Positions 49,601-58,381 of a stretch of 64,000 nucleotides of DNA are shown here, piece by piece (position 1 is the stretch's first letter; each line of letters starts with the position of its first letter). Source of the DNA: Xylographa opegraphella. Lineage: Eukaryota. The notes under the pieces were generated by a model. That model worked only from the letters and a program-made list of their open reading frames with translations. It had not been told where the DNA came from and searched no databases. The DNA lies in the NCBI GenBank assembly GCA_022813865.1, contig JALDZX010000019.1, positions 62,001 to 126,000 on the forward strand, written 5' to 3'. The position numbers and the translations under genes were made by a program.

Positions 49601-50184
49601 TCGATAAACTTGCGCTTGGGCTTCATGCCGTACATGCTGTCGCAGAATAAGATGACATCGTATTTTTCGTCCTTATCGCGCGTACCGGTGTTGGTGCCGC
49701 CCCCTACTCTATCCTGCAAAACGAACGGGATCCGATGGATATTGGGCAAGTTCTCCAGACAGGGCAGCGGGGACTCCGTTTCCGAGGTAGAGCATAGCCA
49801 TTCTGCCAAACTTGCAGCAAACAAGCCGTTAGGTTCGAAAGCAGTGAATCTCCTGACCTTTCGTCTCAGATGGTGAGGAAGATACCCAAAGACGCTCTTC
49901 GGGCCCGGGCCGATTTCCAGCACGGAGATATGGTGACGCGCTTCGAAGAGAGGGGCCAGCAGCTGAGATAGTTGTGGTATGATAAAGTCTTCGTACGTCA
50001 TCCATCCTAGGTCCCGTATCACGATATCGAAGCCCGCTCTGTACTGTTTCGCGGACAAAGCTTGCGTTGGGGAGGACGCCATTCCCTTGGCTTTCTCCCT
50101 AAGCGCCTGCTTCAGGGACTCAAGCGTGGCCATTTCCGGTTTGGGCATGAATGCACCCGTCTCTCGCACTCGTGATAACAACAA
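46663..50184 (-). CDS. Intronless multi-enzyme fusion: class I SAM-methyltransferase-like + FAD-binding PCMH/BBE oxidase + animal-type phosphomevalonate kinase-like + adenine phosphoribosyltransferase
   Basis: Methyltransferase: ISVLEIGPG / FTAFEPN / YDVILFCDSMY. FAD oxidase: VIGGSHSGH, GLCLQGGIGHLARLHGLACD, LLWAMKGAGTNFGIV, RLARLKRSMDP. Kinase: LVTGESCAGKDY...ISDATKRDYA...RLLRDRAYKEQHR. APRT: IPDFPRLGIEFRHV...LIREAGKLP...VVVDDVLSTGETL. The real ATG is probably 50148 or 50133. Confidence 0.88.
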   Translation of the reverse strand: MLLSRVRETGAFMPKPEMATLESLKQALREKAKGMASSPTQALSAKQYRAGFDIVIRDLGWMTYEDFIIPQLSQLLAPLFEARHHISVLEIGPGPKSVFGYLPHHLRRKVRRFTAFEPNGLFAASLAEWLCSTSETESPLPCLENLPNIHRIPFVLQDRVGGGTNTGTRDKDEKYDVILFCDSMYGMKPKRKFIERALEMLVEGGIVAVFHRDGALHLDGLVCHRTASFPTGVVRVANDDEVLDCFAPFVAGFIMQNVDEDEAMRVNWRKECRALGHREEAHPDHLLFSSPNIMAAFTQHATTLPELTAQVPLVKGDKTIKNREARFHNPASIMRPTEIRHVQQCVRWALRHKVNLTVIGGSHSGHSLWPNVVSVDMGAFDQVHIITAGEYGGDFGIDSCSLVVAGAGCKIGDIVRQTMAAGLTVPLGARPSVGVGLCLQGGIGHLARLHGLACDAIVGAVVVSVDSSQVLCIGYVPNQYQPADAIRPENESDLLWAMKGAGTNFGIVVSVTFKSYSAPTYLTRNCVVPLNGSFEARLRLSEFDKLVAKKLAPNCSADAYLFWDNGQLHLGVTMIEASTTGFTCATPTHIGAFSELKENPEAVDGVGLFKTEMYVSGMHGGHSGGKTSSFKRCLFLKRIGEANVADRLIMAVETRPSPLCYLHLLQGGGAVGKIAADATAFGCRDWDFACVITGVWPRDQDGTEVARSTVRWVYNVAENLLSLSSGVYGADLGPDPRDAALATKAFGPNRPRLARLKRSMDPHDVLAYACPLPQKPMDPKLIILVTGESCAGKDYCADVWVSVFTEYAHKSLTARVVSISDATKRDYAAATGADLSRLLRDRAYKEQHRPALTAFFQGQVRQRPRLPEEHFLNVVYGAADVDVLMITGMRDEAPVAAFSHLVPDSRLLEVHVQASEQTRRIRRACNGEDGESDDNEDRNVNESYLTALNYHPSFIFDNDTAGNEAAVRFAENNLLPLFHEDLQRLANMVHRIPDFPRLGIEFRHVLGISQQPGGLALCTLLLQTHFTGDWAKIHAVACCEVGGFVYASALASRVDVPLVLIREAGKLPPPTVSFSKPASYISSLAFNDPTEKRVEMERNVVPIGASVVVVDDVLSTGETLCAVLKLLGEAGIDAEDVSIMVVAEFPVHRGREVLRQRGFGRINVQSLLVFGGD

Positions 50185-51083
50185 TGCTTGACGTCGGTCT
50201 TATTCAGGGTTGAGAGAGCAGTACATTCAAGCGGATTGAGGTAACGAAGCAGCCGAAAAGGAAAAAAAGAGGGCAATATCTGAGTAAGGGTAGGTATGCT
50301 TTGTGCCATGGATATTGCACGTGGCCAGCTCTGACTCACAAGGAAAGGACATGCACATGCACATGGGGCCCATCTAAGGCATACTCCCGACGTCGCCGCT
50401 TACCGACATAAAACTTCCCAAACATGGACGCGCTGCTTTTTTGTATCTGACGTTCCGTGGCTTCCAGGCCTTTTCTCGGTATGGGCCTCACTGGTATCTG
50501 CATTGGTGATCCTACCAAGATATTTAGCTTGCCGAAACGCATAGCCCGCGACGTTCGGGGCTCGTGCGTGTCTGTCTTGTCTAGACTATCCTTCGTACCC
50601 GTGTTTCGACATCTTTCCCAACCACAAAGCGTGCGGGCCAATCTTCCTCCCTTCCTCCCTTCGGCTGAGCGATTAGAGTCACGGGCGTTCTATACAACCA
50701 CTGTGGATCAAAGGTAACAACGCTCGAGGATATCCTCAAGATAGAGGTATAGTCATAACCCCATCGAGGGAGGAAGTATTATATCCCCCCAAGAGCCCTC
50801 GAAGCCCCCCCCCTAGACACGAGGAAATATGTACAAAGAAGCCTCCCCCCCAAGGAATCCAAGAATCCAGTCCTGTGCGGAGCCATACTCGATCGCAGAT
50901 TCCCTTACTAACCATGCGACGGAAAACCCTCTCTCATCTCGAGCCAGGTATGAGATGAAAAGAGATAGAAAGGAAATCCATTTCATCCCAAGAGCTCGCG
51001 CGCTCCCCTCCCGCACTGGCGCGTCCCATTCCCACAACTCTCGCAGCGCATCACGTCAGCCCCCACCCCCACCCCCTCCCCCT

Positions 51084-53022
51084 TTACCAACTATAGCTCT
51101 CCTCCACGAAATCGATATTCGCCACGCCCTGCCTCTTCCGCACCGCCATGCGCACATCGTCCGCCAGCGCACCCGTCCCACACACGCTCACGCCCATGGC
51201 CCCCACCTGGGCCTCGCACTCCAAGCCGACGAGGGTGTCGATGTTCGGTCTCCCGGGGAACATCTGCACCGTGGCGCTGGGGGAGTGGATCTCCTTGGTG
51301 GCGCGGGGCCGCGTGACGAAGAGCTGGACGCGCAACACGTCGCGCCGCTTGTCGAGCGCGAGAATGGCCGTCATCCACGGCCGGATCCACTCGAGGTGCT
51401 CGGGCGACTGGATGATCCACACGAGCATGATGCGGCGGGTGGCGACGGTGCCGTTGGCGAAGCCGGCGACCAGGTCGCGGACGTAGCCAACTTGGTGCGT
51501 GATGCCGACGCCGCCGGCGAAGATGAGGACGGAGCCGTACGAGCGGAGGGAGTGCAGTCCGCCGTAGGGACCTTCGACCATCGCCGTCATGGTGAGACGA
51601 CCTCGCGCCTTCTCGGCCTTCTTGTACAGCGCATTGGTGAAGCCGTCGCGACGGCGGATGACGGCCGAAATGGTGGTTTGCTGCAGGGCAAGGATGTCTT
51701 GGCGATTCCTGGCGAGGCCTTTTTCGGAGTCGAGACACTCTTCCGTGGCGGACCAGGCGACGGAGAAGGGGTGAGATGTCCATAGCCCGATGGATGGGAG
51801 GGTCAGGAACATGTACTGGCCCGGTTGATAATCCCATGGGCGGGCCATCTTGATGGTAACGCGGATGGCGTCACCAGCGAGAGGCTCTATGGTGGCGACG
51901 GTGCCGCCGCGGCCGGCGTTACGGTAAATCATGAGCGCTAGGCGGATAGCCCGCTAAAGAAATGTGAGTTTCTCCCCACAACGGACGAAAGGGATGCTGT
52001 GAGAACTTACCTCGATGGCCCATGAAGTAATCGCAATTTGTACGTAGATCAGTTGTTGCAAGCCATCGAGATGGATGTAGAGGGCAGCGAAGACGAGTAT
52101 GACGACCAGGATATGCATATGCAAGAAGGTCTCATAGAAGGCGTGGCGCAATATGGCCGACGAGTGGAGGATGATGAACACAAAGCCCACCGTGCCCTGA
52201 GAATCAATCAGTGCTCTGCCTTGACGGCATGCATGAAGCTGCAGACTTACAATGAAACCGGAGATAATCAACTTGCTGGAGTGCAACTCCGCTTGAATGC
52301 CATTCCATCCCGCTACATGATTTTAGCTCGGTTCAACGCTCGGTTTGGCAACCGCACCCGTACTAACCTAGTTTGACTGCTTTGACGGTAAAGGAAATCG
52401 TATGAACGATTGCTTCGATCACAATAATTCTTCCGAACCACCGGTGCACCAGGTTAAAGGTATCGAACGAGATCTTGAGCCCCTGGATTAGAGGATTGTT
52501 CCGACCACCCATAATGACCAGAGGGATCAGGTTCACGACAGCCAGCGTACCGGCACGATTTCGAAGGTGGTCCAGCATGTTCGGAGATCCTGCTTGGGAC
52601 CACTCGATTCCTGTGGCGCACAGAGCGACGTTCATGCCGATGACCAGGGTCAGGAAGATTGTCTGGAATCTCGTGGGAAGAACGCCGATGCCCCATCTGC
52701 CCAGCAGCTGCAGCTCTTGCATATGTCGAGACCTGAAGAGCGGTGCGTAGAGGAGATGCTTCTTCACTCTGCCGAACCAGATATTTGGCATCCTGAAGTA
52801 CATCTGGGTGTCATTGTTCAGGCATGTCAGTCTCCGGATGTAACGAGCGGCACTCGAGATCAACCGGTAAATGGAAAAGAGCCCAGTCAAGCTTGCCAGG
52901 CTAATAAGAACGTAAGTCGCGAATAGAATGTTATCCACGCTGGAGGTGGAAACGGGAGTGCTCGCACTGCCACTGGCAGATGAGGTGCCCGTGGACATCG
53001 GAGTGCTTGTCGGTGTTGACAT
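51084..53022 (-). CDS. Ferric/cupric reductase (FRE family, NAD(P)H/FAD-dependent transmembrane), multi-exon
   Basis: RNRAGTLAVVN...GRNNPLI...FNLVHRWFGR...AIVH; RHAFYETFLHMH; PGQYMFL...SHPFS; VEGPYG; FAGGVGIT; VSVCG...ADDVR...FVEESYSW. Confidence 0.92.
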
Positions 53023-54929
53023 TATTGCGTGTGCCAAGTCGCCGATATCAAGTGCGAGAAGTTGAAGCCAGGATTCCGATCCGGGTTATCGGAGCGCCAG
53101 AGACGGACACGATATCGAACAGATTTGCTCAAGACAGCAGAGCGGCTGATAGTGTCAAAGATTTCGTGTTGAGCTGGCAACAGAGGATTGTATAGTTGGA
53201 CAAGATCAAAGTCCACCCAAAAAACCACACGAAGATCCAGTAAGAAGAGATCGTGTTGGAATGTGAAGAGATAGTGGTGTCGACCTGCGAGAGTTGATTT
53301 ATAGAATCGAATGAAAAGACAGCCGCGTGTCACACACTGATCAAAGTGAGCACCCGAGGTTGGAAGAGACTGTGGCTGTGAGTAACAGATAACGAGCGCG
53401 GTCCTCGAGATTCATGCAGCGCTGGACGGGCAGCTCATCCATGTGCGTGTGTCTGGACAGTGGAAACAAACAATGATTCCAGTTCCCACACCGGTGAGTT
53501 GATGGTCCAGGGCGATCAACGTGAGCGAGCACGGAAGCAAACACAATGGGTGCTGTCGCGAATCCGACCAGGGATTGACGGCAGGAGTGTCCAAGTCGCA
53601 GGGGCCCAGAACCACACACTGCAGAGGAGGCGACAGATGCGGCAACTGCCTAGAGAGCGGGAGGCAAAAGCTGTACGAGCCAGAGCAGAAAGGAAGGTCA
53701 GTGTTTTCGACTGATAGAGCGAGTACACACGAGAAGGGTTGCACCGTGGGCCAGCACCAGGGGGTGGTGTGGTGGTGAAGAAGAATTGAGGAATTAGATG
53801 CGAGAAAGGAGTCTTCTAGCGCACTCGTCATCCCGGCGCTACCAGGGGGGTCCCTTAAACACGTTTGAGATTTCGGCGGGCGCGCCCCCCCGGAAGATGA
53901 CGCGCAGCCAATGAGCACGGGGGGGCAATCTTCAGTCAAAGTGCCCCTAGAACTAACTAAACTCTTCATCTTTCCGCAGCCCGTAATTAAACGGTAAGGG
54001 GGGTCCCGCCCCCATGTCTCTCTTGACACCCGATCATGACTCCTTTTATCCCTATCCCACTCACTTCCTCGCGAAACCCTCATCGCCCACACCGTGACAC
54101 TCCGTACCTGGCCGTTTGACAATCCCGCAGTCAGCAGCGGCTCACCGAACCTTCTTCTCGGGGGCAGCAGCACCCCTCCATCTGCAACCTCGTCCTCCGT
54201 CCCGAACGAGTCCATCCAGCGCAATCCTGCAGATCTGCATCCTCCGAGCCCCCCGCAACTTAAATCATAAACTTTATTTCCAATGGCTTTCACGAGCGCC
54301 TGATATGCTATCAATGGGAAGGAAATGTCACCGTCCTCCACTGCAGACGATAGTCCAGTCATCCCCGACCAAGCCACCGTACCCAATCCCCATAAACCAG
54401 GCCCCTCCCACCGTCGTGTTGCACACCCGCGTCTGCACCCCGTCGTGCGCCCGTCCTTCCCCAACACCTCCTGCCCGTTACAGACTCGACCGTCGTGCTG
54501 CACATTTGCTGATGCACCTTCCACCCACCATGCCGGCCCCTCCCCTTCCCAACCAGCACCTGTCCAACCCACAGCCCGACCCACTGAAAGTTGTGATATC
54601 ATGCCCTTGGACCGTCACATTCGACATCTTTGTTGCAGCCCCAACGGGACTGTCAAGTAGGTGATCTACTCCACTAGGGATCGGGCCGCATATCTACCGC
54701 CCACGGCCCGACCATCTCCCAGCCAATCAGCGGACCGGACGTCACATGCCATAGGCGCAGATCGCATCACCCGCGCCCCGTTGCAACGACAACGACTGCT
54801 GCTGTGGAATCCAATGCTCACCAAAACCCACAACACCCTCATCTGCTCTCCTCTCCGCTTTCCTGGTGGGGGGGGGGGGCGCACATGCACGTCAAACAAC
54901 CCCACCCCCACGCACCTCCCATGGCCATG

Positions 54930-57770
54930 TCAAACGGCCAGCTCATCCTCGCTCCCATTCTCCTGCCCTATGCGAATGCGCTCCACCACCTTCCTCTCCC
55001 TCTCCCGCTGCTGGCGACGGAGGCCGGCCGACCTTCCCTCCCGCGAGCCTGTTCCGTTGGCGCATTGCATTGCAGCCCGTGCTAAGCCGCTGGCCTGGTT
55101 GGTCACGTCCAGCAGGTATCGACGCTTCCTGCCCGCAGCCCCGACCGGTGCCGTCCATTCGATCAGCTCGTCCACCTCCTCTTCCAACCCGTGAACTCTC
55201 GAACACTCGAAAACTCTTGCCTGTTCGCGGGCCGGAGCAGTGTCTCCGTGAGCCCCTCGACTGCCGCACTGGGCTCGGCCGGGATGCTCTTTCATGCCTG
55301 CACCGCAGCATCGGTGGCGGCTGCCTATTGATCCTACCTGCGCGGTCTCATGTCGGTGCCCAAACGCCTTGCAGACCTTGGGGCGCCCTTTCGACTGCAA
55401 CGGCGACATGGTTTGGTCGTGAATCTGCTCATGTTCGGGCGCCGGTCCGATAGACTCGTGGGGAACAGCGTCCTCGTCGGGAAAAGCGTGGACGACCGTG
55501 AGCCGTTGAATGGGAGCCGGCGTCTTCGCGACCCATTCACAGATCCCTTCCTCCCATCTGAAGCCAGCAGCCTGTGTGTCGATTGCATGCCCGCTCGATC
55601 TGCTCCCACCCAGACGATGTGACTCCGGAGCGCTGTGATCTACGCTTTCTTCGATCTCCAATGCCCAGTCCAGGTGGTCGCGCTCGTTCGTCTGCTCCGC
55701 GAATTCCAGAGCTGCCTTCACGGCAAGATGTTCCAGACCCTGTTCGGCCGTATGTTCGCTCGACTGACGGGATGCAAGGTCAAACAGCCAGCTCACAATC
55801 TTCTGCATATAGTGAAATGCCGTTTTGGTCCCAGCTTGCCCGCTGCAATGCGCCGTGGCGCACAAGAACGATGCCAGCTCGTCCGTCAGCCCAACTGTGG
55901 TTTTCATTCTAGCCAGTAGATTTACGTGGTCCATCCCTTCCTCTCCAGACTTGGCGACCAGGTCGAACGATTTCATGGAAATGACATTAGCGAGAAGAGG
56001 TAGACATAACCTGGTAGCATAGACGGAGTGACCGCGGCCAGTTTGAGTATTATAGGGTGACATCTCATGCTCGTCTAGCTCGAGAGCCAGACCATGCAGC
56101 ACGTCCCGTGTAAAGACATGTGCGAAAGAAACTTCGGAATGGTGCGGTTCGCGAGATACAATCGTTATTGATAATAAAACAGTCAGTAAATTCGATATGG
56201 TGGTCGTGAGTGCGGTATCAAGCTGGTGAGCCTTGTGATTTGCACGATCAAGGGGCTTAGCCTCCGCAAGGCTTCGATCGGACCTCGATGCAGTTGTCCA
56301 TGGCCGACGTCTTATCTTTGAGCTCTTCATAGTCATCCGTGAACGTAAGCGATCTTCGTGGATCCGAGAAGCTTTGGAGGTGCTTCCGGAACCACACGAC
56401 AATGCCAGTGCTGTCTGAAGCAGAGCCACCGCTTCGGTAGCGTGGCTATCTTGCTGCGTTATGGAAACGATTACTTGATTCCAGCATGAGACCATGTCTT
56501 GGCTGGAGATCCACTCCACCGGCACAGTCTTGGCCGCAAGCAGTGAGCTCAACTGGCCGAACAGAAACCCTCGCCGTTCCGTCTGATTGGAAAACTCCCG
56601 CAGGATCTGAAGTGCAACGGACGTGTGAGAGTGGAATAGACCATCGGAGGGCGTGCTTGGCATAGCGATCCGACCGAGACGAGTGAGCATACACCGGACG
56701 AGCGCTTCCGCTTCGTCATAAGCCGCCGCTTGCAGACACAGAATTATCAAGCCTCGGGCGATAGCAGGTCCTACTGAGCCATCCTTGATACCGTCTCCAA
56801 TAATTGTGATGCCATGTGCCCTTGCCACTTCTCTCAATGGTTTCCATCCGCCGTTTTCGGCAGAGCTGAATGACTCGAGCTCAGCATAAGTATTCAGGGC
56901 CACATCGATATCTGTATCATCGTCCTCTTGATCAACAAAATACTGTTCCACCGCGATGTACACAGGTATGTTCCGTAAGCATGTTGAGAAAAGTGATCGA
57001 GCCCCTTCGTTCCGCGTAGGCGTTCCCTTCTTCGTTGCTTTCAGAAGAGCCTCCAGCCCAGTATAGAGTCCATCTTGAAGCATCCATTCGGACGGAGATA
57101 CAAATTTTGCCAACTTCCGAAAGGAGTCGCGGGTGAAAGACTGTATACTGGAGCCTTTGCGCTGGCTGGAAGCATTTGTCCCTACCTCACCATCGTCTTT
57201 CTCGACATACCCCTTGGAGGTCAATCCCCCCTCGACACTACTGCTATCCGAAGCATAGCGTTCCAAGTCTTTCGATATGTGCAAGCCGACTGCTGGAATT
57301 TGTATCCTCGATGCAGCCGGTACCACTGCTGGGCACGGCTCTGCCCTAGATTCTGATCCTCTGTCCTTCAAAGTACTGCCCTTCGAAGAGTATGTCCGCT
57401 TCAGCCTCTTTCTCGGTATATTGTCGGGCGTCCAATCCGGATCTTCTGCCGTGCCTGACGGCGGTTGAAACAGTGCTGGAAACGAGCGCACCTCATGCTC
57501 AGGTTTCAATGATGATTTAGCACGCTCGTCTCGCATCGCTGCTTCTGCATCAGAGAGTCGCTGTATCTGGAGCTCCTTACGTTTCCGAAGCAGTGCCACC
57601 CTCGAGGACAGAGGGCGCAACAAGCGGTTGCATCTCGTCGTCGTCCACGGGGTTGCAGTCGATATGGCTGGAGATTGGACCGGTAGGTTTTGTGTTCGGC
57701 GCCTTACAGGCGTGAATCCGGAGCAATGATTCGGTATGACGACCTGGGGAACATTGGGAACGAATTCCAT
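54930..57770 (-). CDS. Hypothetical 946-aa protein of unknown function
   Basis: Long uninterrupted ORF with conserved-looking blocks WTTTRCNRLLRPLSSR, GARSLFSTCLRNIP, GWKPLREVARAHG, FRWEEGICEWVAKTP and a terminal SEDEL. No family was recognised. Confidence 0.75.
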   Translation of the reverse strand: MEFVPNVPQVVIPNHCSGFTPVRRRTQNLPVQSPAISTATPWTTTRCNRLLRPLSSRVALLRKRKELQIQRLSDAEAAMRDERAKSSLKPEHEVRSFPALFQPPSGTAEDPDWTPDNIPRKRLKRTYSSKGSTLKDRGSESRAEPCPAVVPAASRIQIPAVGLHISKDLERYASDSSSVEGGLTSKGYVEKDDGEVGTNASSQRKGSSIQSFTRDSFRKLAKFVSPSEWMLQDGLYTGLEALLKATKKGTPTRNEGARSLFSTCLRNIPVYIAVEQYFVDQEDDDTDIDVALNTYAELESFSSAENGGWKPLREVARAHGITIIGDGIKDGSVGPAIARGLIILCLQAAAYDEAEALVRCMLTRLGRIAMPSTPSDGLFHSHTSVALQILREFSNQTERRGFLFGQLSSLLAAKTVPVEWISSQDMVSCWNQVIVSITQQDSHATEAVALLQTALALSCGSGSTSKASRIHEDRLRSRMTMKSSKIRRRPWTTASRSDRSLAEAKPLDRANHKAHQLDTALTTTISNLLTVLLSITIVSREPHHSEVSFAHVFTRDVLHGLALELDEHEMSPYNTQTGRGHSVYATRLCLPLLANVISMKSFDLVAKSGEEGMDHVNLLARMKTTVGLTDELASFLCATAHCSGQAGTKTAFHYMQKIVSWLFDLASRQSSEHTAEQGLEHLAVKAALEFAEQTNERDHLDWALEIEESVDHSAPESHRLGGSRSSGHAIDTQAAGFRWEEGICEWVAKTPAPIQRLTVVHAFPDEDAVPHESIGPAPEHEQIHDQTMSPLQSKGRPKVCKAFGHRHETAQVGSIGSRHRCCGAGMKEHPGRAQCGSRGAHGDTAPAREQARVFECSRVHGLEEEVDELIEWTAPVGAAGRKRRYLLDVTNQASGLARAAMQCANGTGSREGRSAGLRRQQRERERKVVERIRIGQENGSEDELAV

Positions 57771-58381
57771 GTTGTTTATTGTGACTATTCAAGGTAGAGT
57801 ATCCTGGAATTGATGAAATATAAATATGCGATGGAACATTGTTTGAACTTCAAGTCTGTAAAGCAAACATACTGAAAGCCAAGCGCATAATAGGAGCAGG
57901 GGGAGCAATGCGAGCGAAATAGCTATGGATGATAAGTGATCGATATTGATACTCCGATGTCAACAAAGGCATTCCACAAGCGTGTCCGAAGGGCCAAGGA
58001 TACTCCGTGTTCCGGTCGAGCTTAGCCTGTTTCGCATTAGTTACTATACTACTGCGTAGTACCTCACGTTAGTGCTTCAGACCTAAATGACCCTCATACC
58101 TCAGCTTTCAATCACGCAACATGCTATCAGTCGACGTGCTCTGCGAAGTGCATATCCGCAACTCCCTCAAGGTTCAGACAAGCGGCCTCTCGGTGAAATA
58201 AGTCGCCTCCTGTACTACTACAGAGTAAAAAAATGGGCTGACATTTCTGGAAACAGTGCAATACAACTTTCGCACTGCACCGCGTATAATGGAAAGTCGT
58301 GTCTACCAAACTATATCTTCTCTACTCCATCTACGTCGAAAACACGAAAACCAGCAACCCTCCTCAGCCTGAACTCCTGCG

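Noticed and set aside
50829..51785. 318-aa plus-strand ORF
   Set aside because: Antisense to the GC-rich ferric reductase exon; no motifs.
45000..53100. Classical secondary-metabolite cluster around the fusion gene
   Set aside because: No PKS, NRPS, terpene synthase, prenyltransferase or transporter lies nearby; the neighbours look unrelated.
53412..54602. 396-aa minus-strand ORF
   Set aside because: Non-ATG start, no recognisable motifs and a composition typical of GC-rich intergenic or UTR sequence. It cannot be fully excluded.
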